Source of the DNA: the human T2T-CHM13v2.0 reference genome, Homo sapiens
DNA: 64,000 nt
Assembly (NCBI RefSeq): GCF_009914755.1
Contig: NC_060941.1
Direction: 5' to 3' (one strand)
Of the stretch, positions 43,308-57,119 are shown piece by piece. The stretch's first letter is position 1; every line of letters begins with the position of its first letter. Below the pieces are notes generated by a model. That model was given only the letters and a program-made list of their open reading frames with translations, had not been told where the DNA came from and made no database searches. The position numbers and the translations under genes are program-made.

Positions 43308-43849
43308 AGCAACCAGATGAAAACAGGGATTGAATGACTCTGATTCTCCTTATGAGTCCCTAAGCAGAGGAAACATCTAAGCCATGCCTAGACTCTTGAA
43401 TCACACAAATTGTGAGATAAATGTATGCTATTTTAAACCATTACATTTGCAATAGTTTATAAGGCAACCACTGAAAACTAATATGAGTCAAGGGAAACTG
43501 CTTTGGCTGTCTAGGTATGTAGATAATACTTATTGTATTATTGTATTTTCTATACACACTTAGAATTACTATTACTTTTGTTTTGGTTAGGTGAACCCTA
43601 CAAATCTGAGAAAGTCATGAGTATTTTGAGAAGCTATCCTAAAGACCTAGGATTGATTTGTAAATATGGACAACTAACAATTATTGTGATTTTTCCCAGT
43701 GTTCTAAGCAGAATATCTGGGTCTTCACATTTATGATTTTGGTTCATTCCCATAATGTCCTAGAGAGGGATATGATTATATTCCTTTTTCATATGAGGGA
43801 ACTTGCCTAATTTCATAAGTATTCTGCAGTATTAGTCTTTTCTTACTGG

Positions 43850-44278
43850 CCTATATTGATTAGTCCTGCATCTTTTAGCAATGGAGCCTGTAATTAGGCC
43901 CAACCAAAGGACTGCATTCTGCTCAGAATGATGATTAGTTCAGGTTCAGTCATATGGCCTATAGTGAGACATTCTTAGGAATAGCATAGAAGCTACCAGA
44001 ATTAGAATCTGTATTTTCTACTAGACATGTATTTATAAGGCTTTCAGAACCAGGCCCTTCCATAGACAGTCTAAGAATAGATCTCAAAACAATGGAAGGT
44101 AGATTCCAGGAGGGGCAAGATACCAGGTCTTGATGAGAATATTTGAGCCCCCAAATCCAGGTGTGTCCAAAATCAGAACTAGGCTTTATAATTTCTAGGC
44201 TGTATAATTACATGAACCAATAAATGCCCTTTCTTGCATTTAGATTTTTGTCTTGGACAAAGAGGAACTAATTTATAT
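43850..44278 (+). mobile_element. MLT1K-like LTR remnant
   Basis: tgattagttcagg...cttgatga.aatatttgagccc...atccag...ttacatgaaccaataaat.ccct. Confidence 0.5.
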
Positions 44279-45533
44279 AGTTAATACAAAAAAGAGCTGA
44301 GTAGGGAAGCTAGGTGTGCCTAATCACAAATTCAGAGAAGATGAGAGAGCTGTATACACTTATTTGCCAGAACCTCTCTACCCTTGCCCCTTTTTGTCAT
44401 ATGTACAGTGATGAAACAGAAAGAACAACAGAATGAGATATAAAATACCCGGGTTCTTACTTAAGGAACACACCTGGTATGGGATTGAGTCAGGACTGTA
44501 ATTTAGATCTTCTAACTCCCAGCCCAGTGTAATTTCTGCTACATTACAAAGCAACATGGAAAGTTACCAGAAGGAAAAATCACACTCCCATTCTCACTTT
44601 TCCAGAGGAGAAGACTAAAGACCAGATGATTAAAAAGAGCATTATTTTACAGTCTTTGTTAGAAAGTTTGGTGAGGCTGTGGGAATGACGACAACACAAA
44701 GCCCTTAGAGATTTTGTATTTCTTCCAATTTGGACTTAACTTTTTCCTTTCATTTCCTCTTCATTAATGCTACTATTTGAGACAAGATGTGGAGACTATC
44801 AGTCAGTGGGATAATTTAGGCACAAGCACCTAGAATATTTACTGTTTTAAAAAAATCAACATGTTTGCCTATCATCTGTGGGCCTGGTGGGAGGCACATT
44901 GGTCATAAGTTACAGATAGCTACATTCATTAACAACAAAATGATGATTACTTTGGAAAACCAATGAGCCACATTTCAATTAGCTTAATAATTTAACTTCT
45001 AAATGTTTTTAGCCTTTAAAAAAAACCGCAAAATTCTTTGCTTGTGTCAATCAAAACTAGTATGGTTATAAATTTTGTTAAAAATACAAATATGTCTCTT
45101 TTTTCTTTCTAAAATTATTGGAAAAAAACAACTCCCATTTTGATCCATGTTTTGAGTTTAATGATCAGCCTAGTTAGGTTTTGTTTCCAAGAAATAATAT
45201 CATTTAGAGTGGTCCCCAGTGGGGTTTACAAACTATATACCCACCTCTAGCACACAGTATAAACTTTGGAACTGATAGTTATGTCCCAAATCTCTGGAAT
45301 TAAAATTATCTGATCTGTGTTGTAGAAGGCCCCATTACTTTTCAAAATAAGTCCCAGTTAGGCAAGAGACTGACTTTAATCAGCAGAGCAATGATGTTCT
45401 TTGGCACTTTCCTGAGATACTGGTCACTTGTCAATGGAATAGAGTATAACCAGACTAAACATTTAATATTCTCCCTTGTACATCAATGGACTCAATTTCA
45501 AAGCATCTTTTTAGTCTTCCTAAGTGGAGACAA

Positions 45534-45534
<1 letters not shown>

Positions 45535-45574
<40 letters not shown>
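45535..45574. repeat. (TG)20 microsatellite
   Basis: Perfect run. Confidence 0.98.
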
Positions 45575-45576
<2 letters not shown>

Positions 45577-45887
45577 GAGAGAGAGACTATAAAGAAAATC
45601 AAATGCAAGTAATTGAGCAGCAGGGTTTATTACAAAATTGAAATAGCATGAACAATCTAAGATGCCTTATAACTTGCTATCACGGTGGGGATGATTTACC
45701 ACTCTTCTCTGCCTTAGTGAGAGCTTCAGGTGGTATGAGAAGAACTAGGTCTATACTGGTGCAGCCAGGAGGTTGGCCAAAGAAGCACTGGCCCAAAGCT
45801 GAGTCATTTGGGAGAACTACAGCTTCAGCCATCAACTCCCTGTGGTCAAAGATTGGCTGAGAGGAAGAATTTTAGTGATTATGAGGT

Positions 45888-46645
45888 ATAGCAGATTTTA
45901 TACCTCGTAATGCTGCTGGTACCTTCTTCAGACCACATTGATACCTCCTTCAGACAACATTGCATCCAGTGGTACCTCCTTCCACTGGTACCACTGGATG
46001 TATCCTTCAGACCACATTGCATCCAGTTTCTCAATCTTGTGTGCCCATCCTCCAGCTTCTGCATTTTTTGTGGCTAATTGCTTCAATCTGAAGATTTCCC
46101 TTGGACACTTAAACCACTTGCCAATGATACAGCTGGAAGTGACATGGTGCCTTATGTTGGGCGGGGCAATAGCCAATGACTGGCTAGTATGGGAACACAA
46201 AATCCAGCTTCTTTGCTTGAGGTAAGATAATAAACTGTAAGGTGGAATATATGCTCTAGAGCTGATCAGTCCAGTACTTGTGGCTACTAAAATTTAAATC
46301 AATTAAAATTAAATAAAATTAAATATTGTGATGGTCAATTGCATTAGCCACATTTCAAGTGTTCATTAGCCACATATGGCTTGTGGTTAGCATATTGAAC
46401 AGTACAGATATAGAACATTTCCATCATCACTCAAAGTTCTATTGGACAAAGCTTCCCTGAAGGAACAGACTAAGTTTGAGACTTCCTCTGTAATTGAAAA
46501 CTTGTTTAGCAACTTTCCCTTTATGTGGCCTGCCTGCTTTACCCCCATATTGTTTTCTTGTAGGTATGTTTTCTTTACAGATCTTTTGCACCGAAATCCT
46601 TGATTCAAGATCAGTTTTGGGGAAACTGATGTCTGACTCAAGATA
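45888..46645 (+). mobile_element. LTR16-family ERVL LTR, interrupted by MER3
   Basis: t.tagcagat start; ggctggaagtg..., gggcaatagccaatgactgg, ccagcttctttgc.tgagg, ttgcac..aaatcctt..ttcaagatc. Confidence 0.6.
46262..46452. mobile_element. MER3/MER33-like MITE
   Basis: tgtggctact.aaatttaaat..aattaaaattaaataaaatt...tagccacatttcaagtg.tca.tagccacat...agaacatttccatcatc...aaagttctattggaca. Confidence 0.8.
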
Positions 46646-48779
46646 AGTCAACTGGAAGAAATTTCAGTTTTTTTATTTCTATTCCTGAGTGTTAAATGCC
46701 AAAATATACTTTCATTATTCCTTATTTTCTTATCTTATTTCCTTCAAGATAACTCACTTAACTGTATTTCCAACAAAACTGTATTTAAAACAAGAAGCAG
46801 AGTTGCAATTCATGGCTGGTTCTTTGCTGAGAACATAGTGCTCCTTGATTTATAATGCGCTGACTTCAGGACTCCAAGAGATGTGCTATACCTAGAACCC
46901 TGTGTGTGCATATATAATAGACATCAAATGTGTTTTCTGAGAAGAGAGATTGTTGACTAGTTGCAGGGTAACTATACAGGTCTAGCTGTGAGTTAGGCTT
47001 TCACATGCTTTCCTTTAAATTATCTGTAATTAATTGTTTAGTTCCTTAATATTCTATGTCTGTTTTAACCATGTAGCTAGCCTATTTTTCTATTACACAT
47101 GCACAGACTGAACTAATAGGCCAAATACACTCAGTTGTTGACATCATTGTCATTATAATCATCACCAACCATTTATTGAGTCAGGGCAATATACTGAGGT
47201 TTATACAGGCATTATTTTATTCAATACTCATAAGAAGCCTAGAAGCTGGCGCCATTGTTATTACTCTCATTCTATAGATAAACAGAGTAAGGCATATATT
47301 GAAGATTTGTAGTAATCATATAGAACACAACTTAATTCCTTTCCACTATGATCCCAATCCATCAGTTTGCCAGGTCAGTGGGAGTGGGGTAGAATCATGA
47401 TTTTCAACCAATACCATTTGCTCATATTTCAGTCTGTGTCTGTTTTGGCCTACTAGTGCATAGTCAGTAGTAGTGGAGGAGATCAAGCACTTTAGTGAGA
47501 ATAAGGGCAATGTCTCTTTTCTCTCAAATTGCTTGCCTTATGCTAACTTGGAACGTAAACATCAACAGATTTGGCTCCATTACTTAAAAATAGATATATA
47601 GCATTTACTTTGCCTGAATTCTAAAGAGCTGTTATTACTGTTTTAAAATTGAGCTAATTAATACAATACAACTCTGTAATTAGGTTTCCTTTGCCCTAGA
47701 TATTGGCCAGGCATTGCAGGTTTATTCTAGAAAATGTTCTTCACAGCATTGGGAGAATAATGAGTCTCATTCACTTTTGGCTTGGGCCACATGTGAACTA
47801 GTGACCCAGAGGTAGATGGCTCAGAGGCCCATTACCAGCACCCAAAGCCATCTATTGTGACAAGAGTGTTGACGGATCCAGCTTAATGCTGCCCAGATAT
47901 TATCTCTGAATCCTAAGCAAAAGACAAACTGCAGCCACAAGGCAGACATAAAAGTCTCTTGCTGAGATTTGTAGAAAATGCTGTCATTTTAATTAACATT
48001 TCCAAACAATAATAATCATTATTTAGTGCTGCAAAGCCAGCCACACACCAAATGCTAAATTTCTGAGTGTTTTAAAGCAAGAAAATACTCTTCTGGTAAA
48101 TGGAAAGAAAATTTGGTTTGTAGTTTCTTGACTGGGAATATCAAATCAAAGTGGGGCTTTTTCTTCTTTTTTAAAAATAAAAACTTTGTGACTTATTCTG
48201 ATGTCATTCTTCCTTTGCTAATTTGCTCCCTGACATGCAATACCTTCACAATAATTCTTACAGTGGATAAAAATTGTATTTTTAACATTGATCTTAAGAT
48301 CTTGGGCTTTATGGTCCACAAAAATCAAAGGTAAGTGGAAGTGCTTTGGAACTTGGAACACAAAGGAATACAATCGATTTTTATAAGAGATTAATTTTTT
48401 TCATGCCAAAGAATGTAGGCAACAATTACACGACTTCCATTCATCAGTCTATCTTCCCATTCCTATAGTTTCCAAACCACTGATTTATCTCATAGATTGA
48501 TAACCTTATCTCCTGCTGTTCAGCCCACCAAAAGAGATAGTGCTTGGGAACAGAAAGCAAAAGTTCTGACCTCACAGTTGGTCTTTGTTTTGAATCTGGG
48601 TTATTTGTTCCTAGTTCTCCCTCCCATCTGTCTTGCTTAACCCTCCCTAATCAGCTATGGGTCTTGATGCCATTCAATAATGTCGCAGCCTCACTGAGCT
48701 CTCATGAGCTCATTCTGATTTAGGCAGAGCAATTTCAGACCCATCAGCCAATGGCGTCAAAATCTTAAGAAGAGCTAGA

Positions 48780-48985
48780 ATGTACTTATCTCTTTGCATG
48801 TGTGAGGCAATTCTCTAAATCAGTCATTAGAAGGAACCCTGTGAGCACATATTATTATCATCATCATCCTAATTTTACAGAGAAGGAGACTGAGGTACAG
48901 AGAGGTTAAGTAACTGGCCCAGAGTCAGGATCTGAACCCAGGCAGTCTGGCCATGCATCTAAGGCTCTCAACCTCTACTTTGCAC
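48780..48985 (-). mobile_element. MIR SINE
   Basis: attttacagag.aggagactgaggtacagagaggttaagtaact.gccca...gatctgaacccaggcagtctgg. Confidence 0.85.
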
Positions 48986-49329
48986 TTCTCTTCCACTTAG
49001 TCATAGGTACGTGCATCTGGCCATTTCTGGGACTTACTTTGATCACCTTCCTACCCAGCAGGTTTCAGATTTTCTTTGAAAACCCCTAGGTGGAGCCAAG
49101 TTTTGCATCTGTATTTTACTGTGTTTTTTAGACCTTCATAGGTACTAGGAGTCTTGTCCTGTGCGCTGAATCTCAGCCACTTGACAATTTTTTTAAAAGC
49201 TCTACTTGTTTCTCACTACTCTCTAAGGCAAGAGGATTCTGCAGAATTCCAATTGTCCCTCAGCAGCTGACTTGGATCTTGTTTTAAATAGATTGATCAC
49301 CTAGTACTTTGCCTATCTGTATTTAATAT

Positions 49330-50283
49330 GACATTATTAGTTGAATGGTTTCCACCACCTCTCTTGAGTCTATCTACTTTGCTCCATTTCTACCTTTACA
49401 TATTGTGTAAGCCACCATCTTTTCTCACCGGGATGACCGCATTAGATTCCCAATGGATCTCTGGGATTAACCTCTCACCTCTCCAATCCATTCTCTATGC
49501 TGCAACCGTGTAGTCTATTGAATAAGAAAAGCTGGTCATTTTCATGATTAAAACTTTCATAGCTGCCCATAACTCTTAGGATCAAACCCTAAATCTCTGA
49601 CATGGGTGGTGAGGCCTTGACTGATAAGAATCCAGCTTTACCTCAATACACTCCATCCCTATGCCATGCATCTTCCTATTACAGAAATTTAACACAAATG
49701 CCTTCTGCCTTGAACCATCTTCTGATGATGTAAATGGCTGACTTATCCTTCTGGTCTTTGCTTAACATTTATTTCTTAATAGAATTCTCCCTGTGCTTGC
49801 AGATCAGATCAAACCCTTCTTGCATAAGCTCTGGCAGCCCCTTTCTTTTGGGTGCTTAATTATGTATTGAGTACTGTGTGTCAAATATTTATCAGCTGAA
49901 AATTGTTAAAACACTATAAGACTCAAGAGCGTTAAGACCTTATTTGTTAGCCTGGGCAACATAGTGAGACCCTGCCTCTATAAAAATAAAAACAATAATT
50001 CAGCCTGGCATGGTAGTGCACTCCTGTAGTCTCAGCTACTAGGGAGGCTGAGGTGGGAAGATCATTTGAGTCTGGAAGATCGAGGCTGCAGTCAGCCATG
50101 ATTGTGCCACTGTAATCCAGCCTAGGTGACAGAGTAAGATCTGTCTTGAAAACACACATGCACACACACAAACACAAACACACACACACTTTATCTGTCT
50201 TTTTCACAGCTGTCTTCAGTGTATGTAAACTATACTGCCTGGCCTATAGCAGATGCCAGATAATGAAGGGGTGAATGAATGAA
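49330..50283 (+). mobile_element. L2 3' region, interrupted by an Alu
   Basis: ctccaatccattctc.a..ctgca.cc..., tgcctggc..atagcagatgc...tgaatgaatgaa terminus. Confidence 0.65.
49949..50189 (+). mobile_element. 5'-truncated AluJ with a CA-rich tail
   Basis: agcctgggcaacatagtgagaccc...gaggctgcagt.agccatgattgtgccactg. Confidence 0.88.
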
Positions 50284-50560
50284 GGCATGGACTGCTACAT
50301 AAAACCTGCTGCTGTTAGCAGATCAGAAAGCTCCATAAAATATAGCATTTATTGGGCACTTAGTACACACTATAAGTATTATTATGGGATTAAACATTTT
50401 TATCTCATTTCATATTCACAACAACCTAATAAGTTAGGTTCTAATATTAACCTCATAATTACAGATGGGTAAATTGAGGCCCAGTGACAAAGCTAGATCT
50501 GAATCCAGGTGATGTATAGATGGCCAACTTTTGACTGATAAACCAAATGTTCTTCTCCCC

Positions 50561-50564
<4 letters not shown>

Positions 50565-50606
<42 letters not shown>
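50565..50606. repeat. (AC)21 microsatellite
   Basis: Perfect run. Confidence 0.98.
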
Positions 50607-50608
<2 letters not shown>

Positions 50609-53600
50609 TTTTCCAGCTTAATTGTTTATTCATGATACTCTTGATTCTATGGCTATGGACAGGCTTAGGGTAAAAACAAGGGTCCAAAAAGAAGTTTGTT
50701 TGAAGGAAACTTCACGTACTATTCATACTCTTCTTAGTCCCCTCTGAGACCAGCAACAGGAGTGGGGTGGCTGACAGGAGGACGTGAAGAGAGGGAACAA
50801 AAATGGGCTTTTGCTTTTCTCTTGAGGCCAAAGTTCTATTTATTAAAATAAACACACAAGCTCTCTTTGGACATTTGTCAAGTGACTTCTCACCTCTCCT
50901 TTAGGCCTTTTGAGTAAATATTCTTTGATGTTTCAGACATTTTGTGTGGATTTAGCTCATTAAAGGATCAAATTATATGCAGCATGCTGTGCAGGTAAGG
51001 TTGAGATATCAAGAATTGGGCCCGGGTTTTGCCAACCATCTCTCTATCGATTAATTCAAATTTTATATGAAAGTTGAAAACACTCGGTGCCCATGGTTTT
51101 TCAATGAAAGTGTAAAAAAATTTTTATTTGTATTATAAATGATGATACTGAGATTTTATATGATAAATATGGTGTTTGAATGAAAAGTATTTATTTGTTA
51201 TAAACATGTACTTGTTAATTATGAAATCACCAAACTAGGATGCTGCAGAACCTGTTTGTTTTGTCTTGCTTTTTTTTGTTGTTGTTGTTATTCCCTGGGT
51301 TAAGTTTTAAAATTCATAATTTGGAAATGATCAAATCATGGCAAACATGCTGAAATTCTTTAACACATTTTAAGATTACAAATTTGTTTAATTCAAGAAT
51401 GTAAAGCTCAGGTCAGGAGATTTTATTATAGATTCAAGCTTCTAGCTTTGTATTTTAAAAATTTAATAAATTTGGGGGATTTTATTCCTCCACACTGTGA
51501 GCCATATTTTCATTTTATGACACCATCTAACTCAGTCACTAGATAAGGCCTTAAAAAATAATCTGACAAGATACACTGAAGTCAGGAAGACAGCCAGATG
51601 AATGTGTTGTGCAATTAAATTATATCTAACAAAAGACCAATGGCTTCTCTACATCTGAGAATGATCAGACAACCATATCCACATTTGATTGTTCATCTGT
51701 GGGCTGAAGTTTAAGCTACTAACTCAACTTGATCATGTAATGTCATGCGACTTTTACCATCCTTCATACTAAATGCTATCAAAAGTAGATTGTTAGGTTC
51801 TTGGCAGATTATATATTTAGCAATCTACAAAATTTCATTCATTAAGGTGTTAGAAGGAATTCTCTTTTTAGTGAAACAAGATACATGCCTGTTAATGCTA
51901 GATCTTCATAAGAAACCTTAGCTCATGCATTATAATTTCTTCAAGCCTCTCAGGGTGATTTGAATATGCAATTTTGTGTTTCCCTCAATATGCTATTAAG
52001 TTGATGTAGGCAGAAAAGTGGATGCTTTTGTTAATACAATGAATTGGATGATGTATAAAGAGGAGGGATAAAATTAGTTTATACTAATCATGACTCCTTG
52101 ATAATACATTTGACACCATGTAGTTAGAGAAGGATTCCTTTCTACAACCAACTCTTCCAGGATAATGAAAACAACATTTTAAAAGCATATAGAGGAGTTC
52201 TTGCAAGAAGGTAAAATAATACATTATTAAAGGTACTGCAGCTTCTTGATAAAAATTTTATGATAACTGTACAAGTGTTCATCTAACCTTGCCTTTTAGC
52301 AATATGGAAACATGAGCTCTGCTTATTTCAAGTTGTAAATTGGTTTCCTCTTATTGTCTCATTTAAACAATCTTTTCCTGAATAGACCCAGAGGTGCCAA
52401 ATGACTCCAAATTATAAGCTACAGGTTTTTTTTTTTCTCCTGCAGAATTACTGTACCCATGATATTAACACCTTCCACTTTGTAGTAAAGCAACTTGCAT
52501 TTACAGAGGTTATTATGTTTACTCGAAACAATATGCCAACGGATGATAAATATTAGTGGCGAGAAAGAGAGTCGGAGCACTGAGCACAATCTTAACCGAA
52601 AAATACAAGTGTAGTATTTAGAATGTACCATGTGAGGGTGGGGGAGAAAAGAAAGGGAAAAATTTCCAGTTGGCACTTGCATCCATTATAAAACTAACAG
52701 AGGTGACTGGTGAAAGCAAAGAGTACTAACTCCAGCCTTTTCTCTCTTCAGATATTGTATTTGCTCCCTTCCTTTCTATCACAGATGCATACAGAAAGAG
52801 GGTAAAGAGAGAAGCATATGCCTTTTGGGCACTCTTATATGTAGAAATACCACAAAACAACAGTTTTTATTTCGATGTATTGCTATCTTTAGGCTTGATG
52901 ACTGTTGATTGCAAGAATTTCATCTACAGATTTTTTTTTTAGTCCAGAGGACTTGCAGCCTGACATCATAGGGAGGAGAAAGCCCCCAACCCTCTACCTT
53001 GCTACCGAGTACCATTTGCCGTCATTCTACAACTGCTCCAGCATGACACTTGGATTAAGGTGTTAGACTCAAACTTGATCAAAACTGCCCAATAGCCTAG
53101 GGAATGTGTTTTATGGAGATACACAAAGTTGGAAGTATTTGATTGAGGCTCTAGAGTGGTGAGTAGAACCCAGGTGTTACAGCCAGGAGACCAGAGTTTC
53201 AATCACACTATTATCACTTATATAGGTTGCTGCAAAAGTAATATTTCTGAAGGTAAATACATTATTTCACCCCTTTAAAGCCCCACTGACTTGTATTGTA
53301 TTTGCAATGATTAGATCTAAAAGTGACTTAAAATAAGCAAATATCCTAATACAGTACCTGTCACAAAGATGATTCTCAATAAATAATGTTACATTCACTT
53401 CTGAATTTATCGACCTCTAGGGAGTTGTTCTCTTTTTCCATATATCTGAGCACATATTAATTTTATTTCTGTAATTATGATTTGTCAAAACAGCCCCACT
53501 TTTCATTTGGACTTCTTGAAATATTAAGGATCAGCAAAAGCTAAGAATGTTCACCATGTAGATAACACATAAGTCAGTCATGTTAAAGCAAGCTAGGTGT

Positions 53601-54624
53601 GGCATATTATTTAAGAGAATTGACTCAACCTAGAAACCTTCAATCTTGCAGTGTAACTGTCCACCAAGTTCCACTTGGCCAAAGGAATGTATGTATGTAT
53701 GTATGCACATTTTGCTGAGGAGACAAACAAATAATTTGCTGGGAATTAGTAATTTAGTTTGTAATGAGAACTCAAAACTGTTGACCCTACAATATAGGCA
53801 GTGGGATCTGATGGTGATTTTTAAATAACCTTTTTGAGAAATTGACAATAATTGTTCTCCACTAGGACTTAAACAAGAGTATATTATGTTTGGTTCTAGG
53901 CACTGTTTTCTGCAAATAGCAAGTGGGCCCTTTTTTTCTAAGGAGGAAATACCCGAGTACAGTTTACTAAACTTACATAGCACTCCCTACATAAAGGACA
54001 GTTTCCATGTGTTTTATATTCATTACTTCATATAACTCTCACACATGAACATTGTGAGATATTTTCTTATTTGAAAAAGGAACTGATTACTATTTGCAGA
54101 TAATACTTCATGTCTTCATCTTCTGTTTCTCAAAACTTCTCCTCAACTATAATAGTTTTGGGGAGGGTAACTATACTTCCAGTTTTGCCTGGTGTGGTTC
54201 TAGGTTAATGAAAGTTGCCCTGGTGCAATTAATCATGGTTTTCCATTTTAGTATTGCTCCAGTTTGGAGAATAAATTATATAGTCCCCTGGTTAGGGGAC
54301 CTGTATTCATTTTCCAGTATGCTGTGGACAATGCTGGGTCCTGCTTTCTTGAGAACCTGAGGCCACCCGTGTCCTTGACCCATTCTTTCTGTATAATCTG
54401 TCCTGCCAGCACTTTCTCTGCTTTGGAGAATAGTTTCAAGAATAATAAGAAGAAATAAGATAGTCAAAGGATTTTTTTCCCAACCATTTGTGTTATGGGA
54501 ACATTCACTTTTTCTATGATTTCATAATGTCACCTGTGTAAAACCAATAAACATCTCCCACGTATGGTATCAAGAATATTGATCCTTAATAACTTTGTGT
54601 TCAACAGCATTTATATAATTATGT

Positions 54625-54790
54625 TTCAGATTGGGGTGGCAAGTAATTAGTGGGTTGTAAATTCTATTTAATGTTTCCAAAGAATCATTTAAAAGCAAAA
54701 TAGAAATCTAGTGAAGAATATCAGAATGTGTTGCACAGATTAGAGGACACATTACTTGGAAAAAATTTTGTTTCATATGTTTTTGAATAG
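54625..54790. mobile_element. Possible hAT-Charlie (Charlie4z-like) remnant
   Basis: tagtgggttgtaaa.tc.attta...aaaatagaa...gaatatcagaatg...aa.ttttgtttca. Confidence 0.4.
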
Positions 54791-55269
54791 AGAAGAGACA
54801 AATATATTAAGCTCTACCATGTGTTGGGTGTTGTGTTAGATATTTTTGCATTCTTTAATCTACAAAATATTTTTAAATCAATATTATTAACCCTTGTTTC
54901 TATTGAACATTAAAGTGAAAGTAATACGTTGCACAAACATAATCTTTGCTTTTAAGCTGTTTTAACTTCTTTAGACAATATTTTAGGTTCCCATCTTAGG
55001 ACTTCTGATGCAATATTTTCATACCTGTGGGTCCTTGTCCTTTCCTTGACTTCTCGTTTAGCTACGGTTTCAATATACTGATGCTTCTTTTAATTGCCAT
55101 CACTGTAGACCATTGTTTTAACAATTAATATTCTTTTAAGCAGTGTTAGGCAAACAAAATATTTCTGCATCTCACGATGTTGAATAAATCAGTGGGGAAT
55201 GGATATGTTCAAATTTCTGCAAATTCTAATAGCTTTGCATGTTTTACTGTGTTTTTAGAATATAACATT

Positions 55270-55647
<378 letters not shown>

Positions 55648-55895
55648 TTAAATGAAGTTTTTTATTATGAATTTTAAATTTTTTGGATTGTGCATTCCAT
55701 GGTGGGAAAGTCCGTGCAGACATTTATTGACTTAAGTTTGGGGTTAATAGTTCTGTGAAAGAAGACCGATAGGATTTGTGGAGTACATTGCATTTGTGGG
55801 AAAATAGTCCTATTAGCAGTAATGTTTCAGCAGCAGCTGTAGGACAGCAGGTTACAAAGTTGTATGAAGAAAGGTCACAGGTAGGTGAGAGAAGA

Positions 55896-55899
<4 letters not shown>

Positions 55900-55939
<40 letters not shown>
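55900..55939. repeat. (GA)n microsatellite
   Basis: About 20 GA units. Confidence 0.95.
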
Positions 55940-55942
<3 letters not shown>

Positions 55943-56334
55943 TATCAAGTTCAACACAGATGTTACATCTCCATTGCCAGGTCAGGCAACTCGTTGTCTA
56001 TTATATTAAAATTATCTGTATTTTCACCAAACTTTCTATCTTCCCAGAAGCATCCTTTTTTGGGGGGATTTGGTTCCTAGTTTCATAATTTTTTTTCTAA
56101 TGTAACCATTATTCACATGTTAAATTGAGTTCTTTTGAAGTTTAACATACAGTTGTAGCTTGCTGGGTTTACCTATATAAGAAAGCATTACCAAGACAGT
56201 TTCTAATTCTCCCATTGTTTTTATTTCTTGTTAAGACCTCAGTGGACCAGTTCTGATACTAACAAACCATCACCTGGGCCTCAATGCATGGCATTTCTTC
56301 CCTGAAATGGTGTTCTGCTGTTATTGGGTTAGTA

Positions 56335-56493
56335 TAGTGATGCTCAAACCTGGCTACGTATGAGAAATACAAAATATTCATGGCTGGGCTCCATGCCCAG
56401 GTATTCTGATTTGATTTGGTATTACATTTCACACTGGTATTATTAATAAGCTACCCAGGTGATTTTAATGTGTGGTTCTGTTTGAGAAATACT
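56335..56493. mobile_element. MER5A1/MER5B-like MITE
   Basis: agtg.t.ctcaaacctggct...attctgattt.att.ggt...cccaggtgatt.taatgtg...ttgagaa..actg. Confidence 0.65.
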
Positions 56494-56589
56494 GGTGTAA
56501 GGTAAATTACTAGACAAATTTGAAAATAACTTATATGGTAGTTAGAAGAGTGTTTTTCTAAAACAAAATCGTACATTTACTTGTGTATC

Positions 56590-57065
56590 TTCATAGCCCT
56601 GGCTTATCTAATCCTTAGAAGATGAAGTTCAAGCTCAAGTTCTTGTTCCTCTCCAGCCTCACTGCATGGTAGGTTCCTCCTTTTGATATACATTCCAGTA
56701 ATACCAAAGTGATGGTAGATTCCCAGTTATACTCATGTTAGTTGTATTTCTGTACCCCTGTCCGTCTAAAATGCCCTTTGTCTTCCTACCTTCTTATTGC
56801 TGATGCTGATACTGTCCAATCACATTTCAGAAACTTCCATTCTAGAAAAATTCCCACGATGCTTCATGTAGCACACCCTCCTTTAATAACTTTAAACTTC
56901 ATGCAGTTATAGAGTTATAAATGTCCCTTCATGTTGTAATTTATTTATTCTGCAACTATCTTAGGTTGTGGATCCCTTGAGTGTTTGGAGAGAAATAGCC
57001 TTTTGTCTGTATCCATGTGTGGATATGGATGTACATAGTAGATACTCAATAAATATTTGTGAAAT
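56590..57065 (+). mobile_element. L2 3' region
   Basis: ctctccagcctca...; acatagtagatactcaataaatatttgt terminus. Confidence 0.65.
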
Positions 57066-57119
57066 TAGCTATATTTCCTCCTTCATAACTTTAAAAAATA
57101 ACTTAAAAACAGTATTCAG

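Larger units (their letters stand above)
40536..43485 (+). mobile_element. MLT1E/F-family LTR split by the THE1 provirus (halves 40536-40913 and 43313-43485)
   Basis: gccatgctgtgaactgcctatggagagg...tgagcttagaagcagattctt.cctagttgagc|ccagatga...gaaaactaata. Confidence 0.7.

Noticed and set aside
45917-46026. Repeat-spacer-like pattern suggestive of a CRISPR array
   Set aside because: Irregular, overlapping units with no unique spacers, primate context, no cas genes.
54283-54300. Small 7-bp hairpins (gtcccct/aggggac; similar ones near 25284 and 48696)
   Set aside because: Expected by chance in 64 kb.
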